Shown here piece after piece: positions 18,903 to 30,124 of a stretch of DNA of 64,000 nt (its first letter is position 1; the number at the start of each line of letters is the position of its first letter). This DNA is from Minisyncoccota bacterium (GTDB taxonomy: Bacteria > Patescibacteriota > Minisyncoccia > Phycocordibacterales > UBA1006), in assembly GCA_021734445.1 (NCBI GenBank), contig JAIPIY010000002.1:32786-96785 (forward strand), in the 5' to 3' direction. The notes beneath the pieces were generated by a model, which saw nothing but the letters and a program-made list of their open reading frames with translations, was not told the origin of the DNA and did not search any database. The translations under genes were made by a program, and so were the position numbers.

Positions 18903-20645
18903 TTATGATTCTTTTACGGTTGTTGCTTTTAATGTATTGATACGTTCGGCTAATAAGTGACACTGCGTGACCAGCGATTCGGGTATGGGTCCATGCTTTT
19001 CCGCATCACGCATTTGGGTAAGCGTTTTCGTAAATTCAACTTCGATGATATCCAGCTCTAATGCCAATAAAAATGCTTGTATGTCATCCAAAGCTAACGA
19101 AATTTTTTCTTCTGTATAGGTCATTTCTGCAAACATAAAAGAATCCGAAAGCACACTGGCTAGTTCTTGTTGTAGTGCATCAAACGCTCCTTTTTCTTCA
19201 ACTAATGCGTCATAGGCATCTTTATATTCTTTTGCCGTATCAGGCTGAAAACGTTCTAACCATAAGACTACACCCAAAAAACGTTTTTGCAAAGATATTC
19301 TTCGAGTTGGTGGTTGTTCTGGTGATTGCTGTGAGTCAGTTTTTATTGATTGGGGCACATAGGTTTTTTCCCATGATTGAATATCTTCACGGACCGCAGT
19401 GTCGGAAACCTCCAACACCCGTGCCAAATGTCGAAACGCTCTATCTTTTTCCAGCGCGCCGGCAAGAAATCGAATCAATGGATATACCAAATTACGAGCC
19501 TCTGTAAAACGTTTCTTTTCATCTGCAATAGATTCAAGGCTATTAATGACCACATCAATAAACCGAGGTGCAGTGTCTACAATAGTACGCCATTCTTGTG
19601 GATCTTTTTTTACAATATCCGCAGGGTCATTACCGGGTTCCAATACTACAACTTTTACATCACAGCCCTCTTCTAATGCTAACAAGATACTGCGATTCGA
19701 AGCTTTTTGACCGGCAGAATCCGAATCCAATGCAACGACAATAGTATCAGTGAATCGACGAATCAAAGCTATTTGATCTCGAGTCAAAGCAGTACCAGAT
19801 AACGCAACTGCAGAACGAACACCAGACTGATGTGACATCACCAAATCCATTTGCCCTTCTACTACAACACAGTGTTCATCAATACGCATAGCGTGTTTTG
19901 CTTCGTGGTATCCATATAATATTTTTGATTTATGATACAAAATATTTTCTGGAGAATTCACATATTTTGCATCTGCTTGTTTTGTATCGCTGCCGGGAAC
20001 TTCGATGAATCTTCCTGAAAAACCAACCACCCTACCTTGGGTATCCATAATAGGAAACATCACGCGAGAACGAAATCGATCATACCATCCACGATTACCC
20101 TGAATAACAAGTCCTACCTGATTCATTTCTTCATAAGTATATCCAGCCTTTTCAAGAACATGCGAAACGCTTTGCCATGGTGGCGGAGCGAAACCAATTC
20201 TGAATTTTTGTATGCTATCTTTTATCAATCCTCTTTCTCTGATGTAATGATATGCATCGGGATATTCTTTGAACTGTTGTTGAAAGAATATCGTTGCATG
20301 TTCCAATAATGCACGCAGGCGGTCATTTTCGATTACTGTTTTTTTATCAACTCCAGGAGAATATTTTTCTAATGTAATTCCAGCACGTTCAGCTAATTGT
20401 ACCAGAGCTTCTTTGAATGTTACTCCTTCGATATCCTGAATAAATTGGAATACATCTCCACCGCGATTACATCCAAAACAATGGTACGTATTACGCGCAG
20501 GTGAAACAAAAAATGATGCAGATTTTTCAGAATGAAATGGGCATCGCCCCTTCATATTTCCACCAACGGGATCTAATTTTACATACGAACCAACAACCTC
20601 GACAAGAGAAATTCGTTCTTTAATTGTATCAACAGGTGAAGACAT
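18903..20645 (-). CDS. dnaG: DNA primase DnaG
   Basis: Zinc ribbon [13 protein letters not shown]...HCFGC, TOPRIM ([19 protein letters not shown]), and a C-terminal helicase-interaction domain. A 4-nt gap separates it from rpoD. Confidence 0.95.
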   Translation of the reverse strand: MSSPVDTIKERISLVEVVGSYVKLDPVGGNMKGRCPFHSEKSASFFVSPARNTYHCFGCNRGGDVFQFIQDIEGVTFKEALVQLAERAGITLEKYSPGVDKKTVIENDRLRALLEHATIFFQQQFKEYPDAYHYIRERGLIKDSIQKFRIGFAPPPWQSVSHVLEKAGYTYEEMNQVGLVIQGNRGWYDRFRSRVMFPIMDTQGRVVGFSGRFIEVPGSDTKQADAKYVNSPENILYHKSKILYGYHEAKHAMRIDEHCVVVEGQMDLVMSHQSGVRSAVALSGTALTRDQIALIRRFTDTIVVALDSDSAGQKASNRSILLALEEGCDVKVVVLEPGNDPADIVKKDPQEWRTIVDTAPRFIDVVINSLESIADEKKRFTEARNLVYPLIRFLAGALEKDRAFRHLARVLEVSDTAVREDIQSWEKTYVPQSIKTDSQQSPEQPPTRRISLQKRFLGVVLWLERFQPDTAKEYKDAYDALVEEKGAFDALQQELASVLSDSFMFAEMTYTEEKISLALDDIQAFLLALELDIIEVEFTKTLTQMRDAEKHGPIPESLVTQCHLLAERINTLKATTVKES

Positions 20646-20700
20646 AAAAGAAATGTTTTAAATAAGAAGAACACGAACAAAAGCACTGGTTTATATTCAG

Positions 20701-23700
20701 CTATTTTCTTTCTTCTGTAGATGTAGCCTCATCAGGAAATTCAGAAACAGTAAATCCTGGAATAAAATCGTGCACCAAACCTGTACCTGCTGGAATAAGA
20801 TTACCCAAGATAACATTTTCTTTTAATCCTCGGAGAATATCTGTACCACCTTTTACTGCATTGGTAACTAATGTACGAGTAGTGTGTTGGAATGAAGATG
20901 ATGCTAACCAGCTTTTTGTAGAAAGAGATACTTCGGTAATACCCAAAATAACAGTATCTGCAGTCGCAAGAAGACCTCCTGCTTTTTTTACTGGCATATT
21001 TTCTTCTTCGAATTGAATACGTTCAATAATTTCTCCTGATGTAAGACTGGTATCTCCAGGATTTGATACTCGAACTCGAGAAAACATTTGACGAACAATA
21101 ATTTCAACGTGCTTACGTGAAATCGATGCACTGTGCAATTCATATACGCGCAAGATTTCTCGAATAACATATTCCTGAGCTTTTGATTCTCCTCCGTATT
21201 TGAATATATCAAGAACATTAGCAGAACCATCAGTTAATAAATCACCAGCAGAAACAGTGTCTCCTACATCCACCAATGGAACGCGTCGATAATCAACTGT
21301 ATATTCATGTGTTTTCTTTCCTTCTTTTGCTCCACCAGCTTCTTCGAGAACAGTAATAACAACTTCTTTGTCTTTTTTGATGACATCAGAAACAATACCA
21401 TCTACGGTTGCAACAACTGCAGGTGTTTTTGGAATACGTCGTTCTAATACTTCTTCAACACGAGGAAGACCGGTTGTGATATCCAATCCAGATACCCCAC
21501 CGGCGTGGAAGGTACGCAACGTAAGCTGAGTACCCGGTTCTCCAATCGCTTGTGCAGCGACAACCCCAACAGCTTCTCCAACTTTTACTGGTGCTTGTCG
21601 TCCCATATCCAATCCGTAACAGGTAGCACAAATACCATATAATGTTTTACATTTCAAAGGAGAACGAACTACTGCGCTTTCTATATCATTTGATTCGATA
21701 ACTGCAACATCGGCATTAGACAACAGGTGTCCTTTTGCAAATAATACAGTACCTTTTGCATCTGCAATCGGTTCAGCCAAAATACGACCCCATAGATTTT
21801 TTCCAAAAGGAATTTCTACTCCAGAAATAATCAATCGAGAAACAGTTACGCTTTCTTTGGTGCCACAGTCTTGTTCTGTAATAACAATTTCTTGTGCAAC
21901 ATCAACCAAACGTCGAGTAAGATACCCAGCCTTTGCAGTGTTCAACGCAGTGTCAGTCAACCCTTTTCGAGAACCGTGTGTAGTAGTAAAGTATTCAATA
22001 GGAGAAAGACCTTCTTTAAATGATGGCACCACAGGGAACTCGATAATACGTCCAGACGTGTTAATAATCAAACCTTTCATACCTGACATCTGTGCCATGG
22101 AATTGATAGAACCTCGGGCACCTGATGTTACCATGTCATAAGCAGATTCACGATCGATAAGGTGAGCCCCTACCAAAGTTTCAATTTCTTTTTTCGCAGA
22201 TTCCCAGATTTCAATAATTTTCCGATATCGTTCATCATCAGATAATAATCCGTCATCGTATTGAGAACGAATAGTAGATTCAGCAGATCGAGCTTTTTCA
22301 ATAATTGCAGGTTTTCCTTCGGGAACTTTGGCATCATCAAGACCCCAAGTTACCCCAGCTCGTGTTACATATTTGAATCCAAATTGTTTAATTTTATCAA
22401 GAAGCACAGGTGTTCCATCAATACCATATCGTTGAATCAAAAGATCAATCAATTTACTCAGATCTTTCTTTTTAATTTCCTGGTTCATGTAGTGATAATC
22501 ATCAGGAAATACACTGTTGAACAATAGTCGTCCCACAGTTGTTTCAAAAATATTACCTTCGAATGCTGCATATTTTTCTTTTGCTGTACCACGTACCATG
22601 ATTTTTGCTCGCAAATCTACCACAGTATAATCGTATGCCAAAATAGCAGCATTTGGAGATTCAAATATTTTTCCTTCACCCAATGCACCGGGTACTATTT
22701 TTGTCATCCAGTAACACCCCAACACGATATCTTGTGATGGAGTAGTAATAGGAACACCGTCTTGAGGTTTTACTAAGTTTTTATTAGATGCAATCAAAGC
22801 CTTTGCTTCTTGTTGTGCTTCGGTAGACAGCGGCACGTGTACCGCCATCTGGTCACCGTCAAAGTCCGCGTTAAACGCAGTACATACCAATGGATGTACC
22901 TGAATCGCATTTCCTTCTATCAATACAGGATTAAAAGCCTGAATAGACAAACGGTGCAATGTAGGAGCACGGTTCAACAAAACATATTTGTCTTTAATAA
23001 CTTCTTCCAAAATTGACCACACTTCTGGTGCACCTTCTTCGATCAAACGTCCAGCACCACGAATGTTAAAAGCCAATTCTTGATCAAGAATTTTACCAAT
23101 AATAAATGGTCGGAACAATTCCAAAGCCATGTGTTTTGGTAAACCACATTGGTTTAGTTTCAACTGAGGTCCAACAACGATTACAGAACGTCCAGAATAA
23201 TCCACACGTTTTCCAAGAAGGTTTTGTCGGAACAAACCTTGTTTTCCTTTTAAATTATCAGAAAGCGATTTCAATGTTCGACGTTGTGATTGACTCATTG
23301 CCTGAGATCCACCAGCACGACGAATTGAATTGTCGATCAATGCATCGACTGCTTCTTGGAGAATACGTTTTTCGTTTCGCAAAATTACGTCAGGTGCACC
23401 AATTTCTTTTAGTTTAGCCAAACGATTGTTTCGATTTATTACACGTCGGTACAAATCGTTAAGGTCAGATGTTGCATGTCGTCCACCATCCAATGCAACC
23501 ATAGGACGCAATGCGGGAGGGATAATAGGAATAGCTGTCAAAAACATCCATTCTGGACGAGCGTTTGATTTTATCAAAGATCGCACTAATGAAAGTCGTT
23601 TTTCAATTTTCAACTTTTCAGCAGTTTTTGTTTTTTCCAAATCAACAGTCAATTGTTTTTCCAAAGCAACAAGATCAAGTTTTTTGAACATTTCGTATAC

Positions 23701-24357
23701 TGCTTCAGCACCGATACCTGCATCAAACAATGATCCATATTTGATAGACATTTTATGATATTCAGCTTCGGTAAGAACAACACCTTCTGAAATAGCAGCG
23801 ATTTCTTTTTTCGTAGTAGACATTAATTCACGCATTTTTTCTTTGTCGTCTTCATTCAACAATGCTTTCATTTTTGATTTGAATTCATTGTCCAATTCTT
23901 TCAAAATACGATCACGTTCTACTTCGTACATGTTGGTAACAATATATCCAGCAAAATATACAACTTTTTCTAATTGCATTACCGGAACACCCAACAACAA
24001 ACTCATACGAGATGGAATACCTCGCAAAAACCAAATATGCGCAACAGGGCTGGCAAGATCAATGTGTCCCATTCGTTCTCGTCGCACTACTGATTTGGTA
24101 ACTTCAACTCCACATTTTTCACAAATAATACCTGCGTAACGAATACGCTTGTATTTTCCACAGTAACATTCATAATCTTTTTCTGGCCCAAAAATACGTT
24201 CGTCAAAAAGACCACCACGTTCTGACCGTCCTGTTCGATAGTTGATTGTTTCTGGTTTTGTAACTTCACCACGAGACCATTCTCGAATACGTTCTGGAGA
24301 AGCAAGTTTCAAAGAAATTGCATTAAATTCTTGTGTAGTATGTATAGACATAAGCAA
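20701..24357 (-). CDS. rpoC: DNA-directed RNA polymerase beta' subunit
   Basis: NADFDGDQMAVHVP catalytic motif, zinc-binding Cys clusters, bridge and trigger loop blocks. 1218 aa. Confidence 0.98.
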   Translation of the reverse strand: MLMSIHTTQEFNAISLKLASPERIREWSRGEVTKPETINYRTGRSERGGLFDERIFGPEKDYECYCGKYKRIRYAGIICEKCGVEVTKSVVRRERMGHIDLASPVAHIWFLRGIPSRMSLLLGVPVMQLEKVVYFAGYIVTNMYEVERDRILKELDNEFKSKMKALLNEDDKEKMRELMSTTKKEIAAISEGVVLTEAEYHKMSIKYGSLFDAGIGAEAVYEMFKKLDLVALEKQLTVDLEKTKTAEKLKIEKRLSLVRSLIKSNARPEWMFLTAIPIIPPALRPMVALDGGRHATSDLNDLYRRVINRNNRLAKLKEIGAPDVILRNEKRILQEAVDALIDNSIRRAGGSQAMSQSQRRTLKSLSDNLKGKQGLFRQNLLGKRVDYSGRSVIVVGPQLKLNQCGLPKHMALELFRPFIIGKILDQELAFNIRGAGRLIEEGAPEVWSILEEVIKDKYVLLNRAPTLHRLSIQAFNPVLIEGNAIQVHPLVCTAFNADFDGDQMAVHVPLSTEAQQEAKALIASNKNLVKPQDGVPITTPSQDIVLGCYWMTKIVPGALGEGKIFESPNAAILAYDYTVVDLRAKIMVRGTAKEKYAAFEGNIFETTVGRLLFNSVFPDDYHYMNQEIKKKDLSKLIDLLIQRYGIDGTPVLLDKIKQFGFKYVTRAGVTWGLDDAKVPEGKPAIIEKARSAESTIRSQYDDGLLSDDERYRKIIEIWESAKKEIETLVGAHLIDRESAYDMVTSGARGSINSMAQMSGMKGLIINTSGRIIEFPVVPSFKEGLSPIEYFTTTHGSRKGLTDTALNTAKAGYLTRRLVDVAQEIVITEQDCGTKESVTVSRLIISGVEIPFGKNLWGRILAEPIADAKGTVLFAKGHLLSNADVAVIESNDIESAVVRSPLKCKTLYGICATCYGLDMGRQAPVKVGEAVGVVAAQAIGEPGTQLTLRTFHAGGVSGLDITTGLPRVEEVLERRIPKTPAVVATVDGIVSDVIKKDKEVVITVLEEAGGAKEGKKTHEYTVDYRRVPLVDVGDTVSAGDLLTDGSANVLDIFKYGGESKAQEYVIREILRVYELHSASISRKHVEIIVRQMFSRVRVSNPGDTSLTSGEIIERIQFEEENMPVKKAGGLLATADTVILGITEVSLSTKSWLASSSFQHTTRTLVTNAVKGGTDILRGLKENVILGNLIPAGTGLVHDFIPGFTVSEFPDEATSTEERK

Positions 24358-24371
24358 GTGTAAAATTAAAA

Positions 24372-27300
24372 TTAATCGTTATTCAAGACTTCGACATTTG
24401 TTAATGAAACATCCAAAGACAAACCTCGTAGGTATGCCAACAAAACATTAAAGGATGCTGGTACGTGCGGATGTTGTACTGGTTGTCCCTTGATAAGACT
24501 ATCAAAAGCCTGTGATCGTCCTTGAATATCATCCGATTTAATCGTTAACATTTCACGCAATGTATATGCTGCGCCGTAACCTTCCAAAGCCCAGACTTCC
24601 ATCTCTCCGAAACGTTGTCCTCCACCTTGAGATTTTCCTCCCAATGGTTGCTGTGTAATAAGAGAGTAAGGCCCAACTGAACGCATGTGAATTTTGTCTT
24701 CCACCATGTGGTGAAGTTTCAATACATACATGTATCCAACCGCGATATCTTGTTCGAAAGATTCTCCGGTTCGACCATCATATAATTTCATTTTTCCTGA
24801 TTCATTGAATCCAGCTTTTTTCAATTCCTCTTGAATTTCTACAGAACTTGCTCCACCAAACGGAGGCACAATTGCCTGGTAATTCAATGTGTTTGCAGCT
24901 AATCCAAGGTGTAATTCCAGAATCTGCCCAAGGTTCATACGAGAAGGAACCCCCAATGGTGTCAAAATAACATCCACAGGTTCACCATCTTCTGTATATG
25001 GCATATCTTCTTCTGGGAGAATGGTTGAAATAACCCCCTTGTTTCCGTGTCGTCCAGCCAATTTATCTCCAACAGAAATATTTCTCACTTGAGCAACTTC
25101 GATATAGATTTTTTTCAAAATTCCAGATTCTAATTGATCCCCTCGTTCCCGAGAAAATACTTTTACTCCGATAACACGTCCTCGTTTTCCATGTTCCAAT
25201 CGCAATGAAGTATCTTTTACATCGCGAGCTTTTTCTCCAAAGATTGATCGTAGTAATCGTTCTTCTGGCGTAAGTTCTGTTTCTCCTTTTGGTGTAATTT
25301 TTCCAACAAGAATATCGTTTTCTCGAACTTCTGCACCTACGCGAACGATACCATCTTCGTCAAGATTTTTTAGTTTTGATTCCCCTACGTTTGGAATATC
25401 GTGTGTAGTTACTTCTTCTCCCAATTTTGTATCACGTACTACACATTCGTATTCTGCAACACGTACAGAAGAAAAGATGCTGTTTTTCACTAATCGTTGT
25501 GAAAGAATAATCGCATCTTCATAGTTTTGCCCATTCCAACACATAAACGCAACACGAACGTTTTGACCCAAAGCCAATTGCCCCTTGTCTGTTGATGATG
25601 AATCTGCGATAGCATCACCTTTTTTAACTTTGTCACCCAATGACACGATAGGTCGTTGGTGAAACAATGAACTATTGTTTGTACGTGCAAAATTAATTAA
25701 TGCGTAGGTTGTATCTTTTCCTGATTTTGTACCCTTGATAACAATTCGTGCACCGTCAACGGTAATAACTTCACCATCTTCTTTTGCAATAACAACACGT
25801 CCAGTATCTCGGGCAGCTTGTTCTTCCATACCCGTTGCAACAATCGGAGCCTGAGGAATCAGACACGGTGTTGCTTGTTTTTGCATGTTTGAACCCATCA
25901 AGGCACGGTTCGCATCGTTGTGTTCCAAGAATGGAATACAACTGGTTGCGACAGACAAAGCCTGATTTGTTGCAATGTCGATAAAATCAACTTCTCCTGG
26001 AGTAACCATGTGTGGAGCTCCTTTGATACGTACCGCAACTTTTTCTGCTACGATTTTACCAGAAGCGTCATACGCAACTCCGGCATGAGCGACTGTATAT
26101 TTTTCTTCTTCTAATGCATTCAAATACACGATTTCATCAGTAACTTTTCCTTTTACTACTTTTGCGTACGGAGTTTCTAACATTCCATATTCGTTTGTAC
26201 GTGCATATACAGACATGTGCATGATCAAACCGATGTTTGGACCTTCAGGTGTGTGAATAGGACACAATCTACCATAGTGTGAAGGGTGAACGTCACGAAC
26301 TTCGAAACCTGCACGTTCACGGGTAAGACCGCCGGGACCAAGCGCAGATAAAATACGCAAGTGTTCGATTTCATCCAACGGATTTTCCTGGTGCATGAAC
26401 TGTGACAATTGGTTTGTCGCAAAGAATTCTTTGATACGAGCCTGCAACGGTCGTGGGTTTACAATGTTTACAGGTAATACAGTTTCTCCATCGATCGTAG
26501 ACATACGATCTTGGATATTTCGTTTCATCTGTGCCATACCAACACGTACTTTTTGTTGGAACAATTCTCCTACATATCGTACACGTCGTGAACCAAGATG
26601 ATCAATATCATCTTCTTTTGCACCAGGAGTATTATTCAAAGAAACCATTCGGTCGATAATCATCACCAAATCGTCCAATGACAAGATTTTATTTTCTAAT
26701 TCTTTTTCATCAAGACTTAGGTCAAAATATTTTTGAAAACGAAAACGCCCAACACGAGAAAGGTCGTATCGTTCTGGACTAAATACTGATTCGATAAATT
26801 CACGAGCGTTTTCAACAGTCGCTAATTCACCATCTCGTAATTTTTTATGCATTTCAAGGTATGCATCATCTGCTGTTTTTACAGAATCTTTTTCTAAACA
26901 AGCCTTGATTACCGCCTGAGTTTCAGGATTAGTAAACCGTGCAAGCATTTTTTCATTAGTAGTCAAACCGAAAACTCGCAATAATGAGGTAATATGGAAT
27001 TTTCGTTTTTTATCAATACGCACATGTATCAAATGATCCATGTCAGATTCAATTTCGATCCATGCACCTCGTGCAGGAATGATTTTTGCTCCGAAACGGA
27101 TTCCTTTTTTTGTTTCATCTGAAGTAAAGAATACTCCATAACTTCGTGCCAACTGAGCAACAACAACACGTTCAATACCATTGGTAATAAATGTACCATG
27201 AGGGGTCATCAATGGAACATCAGTTAGAAACATTTCTTGTTCTTTTGAACTACCAAGAGCTTTGTTGGTAAGACGAACACGCGCCTTTAAAGGAGCTTCA

Positions 27301-27575
27301 TAAGACAATTTATTTGCCTTTGCATAATATTCATCATGTTTTGCTTCGCCGACAGTAAGTTCAGTAAATTCTAGTTTGAATTTTTTTCCAGAATAATCTT
27401 CGATGGGAGAAAATTCCTTGAACACATCTGCGATACCATCACGCAAAAACCATTCATGTGATGCGACTTGATTCTCTACTAGGTTTGGTACCGGAACCAT
27501 TGGCTTTCGATATTTTGAAAAGAATTTCTTTTCAACAACTGCACTTTTTTTCTTTGACATACAATACAAAACCAA
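24372..27575 (-). CDS. rpoB: DNA-directed RNA polymerase beta subunit
   Basis: Conserved beta blocks (the rifampicin region, GDKLAGRHGNKG, and the C-terminal clamp). 1067 aa. A 14-nt gap separates it from rpoC. Confidence 0.98.
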   Translation of the reverse strand: MVLYCMSKKKSAVVEKKFFSKYRKPMVPVPNLVENQVASHEWFLRDGIADVFKEFSPIEDYSGKKFKLEFTELTVGEAKHDEYYAKANKLSYEAPLKARVRLTNKALGSSKEQEMFLTDVPLMTPHGTFITNGIERVVVAQLARSYGVFFTSDETKKGIRFGAKIIPARGAWIEIESDMDHLIHVRIDKKRKFHITSLLRVFGLTTNEKMLARFTNPETQAVIKACLEKDSVKTADDAYLEMHKKLRDGELATVENAREFIESVFSPERYDLSRVGRFRFQKYFDLSLDEKELENKILSLDDLVMIIDRMVSLNNTPGAKEDDIDHLGSRRVRYVGELFQQKVRVGMAQMKRNIQDRMSTIDGETVLPVNIVNPRPLQARIKEFFATNQLSQFMHQENPLDEIEHLRILSALGPGGLTRERAGFEVRDVHPSHYGRLCPIHTPEGPNIGLIMHMSVYARTNEYGMLETPYAKVVKGKVTDEIVYLNALEEEKYTVAHAGVAYDASGKIVAEKVAVRIKGAPHMVTPGEVDFIDIATNQALSVATSCIPFLEHNDANRALMGSNMQKQATPCLIPQAPIVATGMEEQAARDTGRVVIAKEDGEVITVDGARIVIKGTKSGKDTTYALINFARTNNSSLFHQRPIVSLGDKVKKGDAIADSSSTDKGQLALGQNVRVAFMCWNGQNYEDAIILSQRLVKNSIFSSVRVAEYECVVRDTKLGEEVTTHDIPNVGESKLKNLDEDGIVRVGAEVRENDILVGKITPKGETELTPEERLLRSIFGEKARDVKDTSLRLEHGKRGRVIGVKVFSRERGDQLESGILKKIYIEVAQVRNISVGDKLAGRHGNKGVISTILPEEDMPYTEDGEPVDVILTPLGVPSRMNLGQILELHLGLAANTLNYQAIVPPFGGASSVEIQEELKKAGFNESGKMKLYDGRTGESFEQDIAVGYMYVLKLHHMVEDKIHMRSVGPYSLITQQPLGGKSQGGGQRFGEMEVWALEGYGAAYTLREMLTIKSDDIQGRSQAFDSLIKGQPVQHPHVPASFNVLLAYLRGLSLDVSLTNVEVLNND

Positions 27576-27780
27576 CCCGATATGGGTGGCTATAATTACG
27601 TGACTACACGCTTGCTATGAATAAGAAACAAACCATGACCCGTGGTTTGTTTATGCACCGAAACAAAAAGAAGAATCGTTCTTACCGCAACACAATCATT
27701 TCTGTCTTTATGAAATACAGTATACAGAAAAACAACAAAAAGTCAATGTTACCAGGGATTTTTGATTTTTATATAAAAAA

Positions 27781-27816
27781 CCCGCCAGTACTGGTACTGA
27801 CGGGGAGCTTGCCAAG
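27781..27816 (-). terminator. Intrinsic terminator downstream of the repeat-helicase gene
   Basis: CCCGCCAGTAC-TG-GTACTGACGGGG hairpin (one mismatch) flanked by A/T runs, just 3' of the helicase stop on its strand. Confidence 0.55.
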
Positions 27817-27835
27817 CTCAATTTATGGCATGTCT

Positions 27836-29971
27836 TTATTTTTTCCTTTTACACAAATCTTTCAAGATAGCCACAAGATCAGGTGCGTAGTGTTCAGCTG
27901 TCCGTGGACCAATTAAGTATACTCTGAACCATTGCGGATGATCTTTGCGATATCCCTCGGCAAGATTCTTTATGAGTACAAACTTACCTTGTACATCACT
28001 AAACTTTGAAATCTGGTTAGCTGTATACCAACCTTCTGGAGCCCGGGATTTTAGAATGCATAGATCTTTGAGAATCGCTACAAGATCGGGTGCGTAGTGT
28101 TCCGTGAAATTTGATCCTGTTTTACCCATCTTAAACCAATCAGAGTGTTCCGCTCGATACTCTTCGGCAAGCTTTTTGATTCGCACACTATGACTCAGTA
28201 CATCACCCATTTTTGAAATCTGGTTAGCTGTATACCAACCTTCAGGGGAATCCTGCCGAACACGGGCCTCCTTCAATATGTCAACAAGATCAGGGGCGTA
28301 GTGCTCAGTAAAGTTATTACCTGAAAAATACATCCCGAACCAATCAGGATGATTAGATCGGTGGATTTCAGCAAGGTTTTTAATCAGCACATCGCCACTC
28401 CAAACATCATCCATTTGACCAATTTGACTAGCCGTCATCCACCCCTCAGGAGCTTGTTTTTTTCGAGCACATTGCTTTTTCAGAATAGCCACAAGATCAG
28501 GTGCGTAGTGTTCAGTCCAATTAGGGCCTGATAAGTACATCATAAACCATAAGGAACATCTGCTACGGTATATCTCAGCAAGAGCCTTAACCTGATCCAA
28601 TTGACCTTGAACATCATCCATTCGTGTGATCTGACTAGCTGTAAACCATCCTTCCGGAGCTCTTTCTCGAACATATTCATCGGTATATTCTTTCACAACT
28701 CTCATCACCTCTTCTTCTGTGACATGGACTGATTCAAGAATCTCATCACACAGTTCCTGTTCAATATCAGAAGTAGAGATAAGGCGCTTGCGCATTCCTT
28801 TCATTTCTCTTTCTCCTAATACTTTAGGCATCACCATAGAATTGCCTTCCAGAACCTGTGAATAGAAAACCTGATCTCTGCCTTCGAACATCAACTGCAC
28901 AACATATGCAATTTTGTCTGGCATCAATTTCCACAAGCGTGTTGCCCTACCTGCCCCCTGAGTCAAACCGACAAGCGATCCAACAGGATAAGCAAATATG
29001 ACTCCACAAACACCTTCATCATCGAAACCAGTTTTAGGAACATCAACGCCCACAAGAACTTCAAATTTGTTGTCCTTGAAGTCATCGAAAAGATCTCTTC
29101 GATCATCCCTTGACATGGCACCTTCGATCAGTCGTGCAGTGACACCTTGATAAACCAATTCTTCTACAAGATCGCGTCCTTGTTCCACCGTTAATGTAAA
29201 CATGACGAATCGGAGACCTTTTGGTTGAAACAATTTCTTGTACAAACGCGTAGCAGCAATGTTTCCACCTTGGCGGATAATATCGCTACTTATTCGTTCT
29301 GTGTATTCAGACGTTGCCTCACCTTGCAATCTTCCAGCGATCTTGATCTTGACCTTGCCGGTCATAAACTGAATACCTGAAAGCATCCCTACTTCAACGG
29401 CTTCGGAAACTGAAATTCTGTGAACTTCAAGCCCTAGCCATTCTTTGAGGTTTTTCTCGTCAGAATATTCAGGTGTGGCGGTAAAGCCAATGATGATGGC
29501 GTGCTGTTGTTCATCCACCTTTGCCCGTCTTACCGGGCCCAGCGCAAGATGAGCTTCATCAAGAAATATGACCGAATACTGTTTCAACTCGTCATTACTT
29601 AATTTAATGAAAGTTTGGTACATCATCACGGTCACATGTTGACCGTTGCTTTTCCAACCTCCACCACGAAGCCCAACAACAAGCCGTACCGCAAATTTTG
29701 TAAATTCATTCTTCATCTGCGAAAGCAGATCAATCTTTGGTACAAGAATCAAAATCTTGATATCTTGTGCTCCATTGATAATAGCATCAGCAATCGTGGC
29801 CTGAAGGAATGATTTACCTATTCCTGTTGGCCCTGAGATGTACATAGTACGGAATCCGTCTATGATAGCCTGGCGTATTTCGGTGTAGAACGTTTCTTGT
29901 CCTTTACGAAATACGTTGATAGGAACATACGAAAGTAAGTTCGCTACAATTAACATGAATCGATTTTCCAT
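27836..29971 (-). CDS. SF2 DEAH/ResIII-type helicase (aa 1-430) fused to four tandem ~69-aa C-terminal repeats of unknown family
   Basis: Motif I ISGPTGIGKS, motif II FLDEAH, motif III GFTATP, and a helicase-C block (GVDVPKTGFDDEGVCGVIFAYP, motif VI QGAGRATR). Then four repeats beginning APEGW(F/M/Y)TA(S/N)QI and ending TEHYAPDLV(A/D)ILK. Confidence 0.8.
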   Translation of the reverse strand: MENRFMLIVANLLSYVPINVFRKGQETFYTEIRQAIIDGFRTMYISGPTGIGKSFLQATIADAIINGAQDIKILILVPKIDLLSQMKNEFTKFAVRLVVGLRGGGWKSNGQHVTVMMYQTFIKLSNDELKQYSVIFLDEAHLALGPVRRAKVDEQQHAIIIGFTATPEYSDEKNLKEWLGLEVHRISVSEAVEVGMLSGIQFMTGKVKIKIAGRLQGEATSEYTERISSDIIRQGGNIAATRLYKKLFQPKGLRFVMFTLTVEQGRDLVEELVYQGVTARLIEGAMSRDDRRDLFDDFKDNKFEVLVGVDVPKTGFDDEGVCGVIFAYPVGSLVGLTQGAGRATRLWKLMPDKIAYVVQLMFEGRDQVFYSQVLEGNSMVMPKVLGEREMKGMRKRLISTSDIEQELCDEILESVHVTEEEVMRVVKEYTDEYVRERAPEGWFTASQITRMDDVQGQLDQVKALAEIYRSRCSLWFMMYLSGPNWTEHYAPDLVAILKKQCARKKQAPEGWMTASQIGQMDDVWSGDVLIKNLAEIHRSNHPDWFGMYFSGNNFTEHYAPDLVDILKEARVRQDSPEGWYTANQISKMGDVLSHSVRIKKLAEEYRAEHSDWFKMGKTGSNFTEHYAPDLVAILKDLCILKSRAPEGWYTANQISKFSDVQGKFVLIKNLAEGYRKDHPQWFRVYLIGPRTAEHYAPDLVAILKDLCKRKK
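27839..28663 (-). repeat. Four tandem ~207-bp coding repeats (28663-28454, 28453-28247, 28246-28043, 28042-27839)
   Basis: A recurring nucleotide core ACAAGATCAGGTGCGTAGTGTTCAG appears at ~27870, 28085, 28285 and 28490. Spurious antisense ORFs 27617-27916 and 28349-28531 both read ...FQNSHKIRCVVFS. Confidence 0.85.
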
Positions 29972-30124
29972 TGTATTAAACTTTCAACGAGCAGATCATT
30001 TGTTCACCGCTTGATATACAATATGTCATATTATATATCATCTGTCAATACATACACACACATGTAATTAAAATCCCTTGCTTTTTAAAAAAGATATGTT
30101 AATATAGATAAAAACGTTCAGCAC

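Noticed and set aside
27617-28531. Plus-strand ORFs 27617-27916 and 28349-28531 with a shared FQNSHKIRCVVFS motif
   Set aside because: They are the antisense image of the helicase repeat array, not genes.
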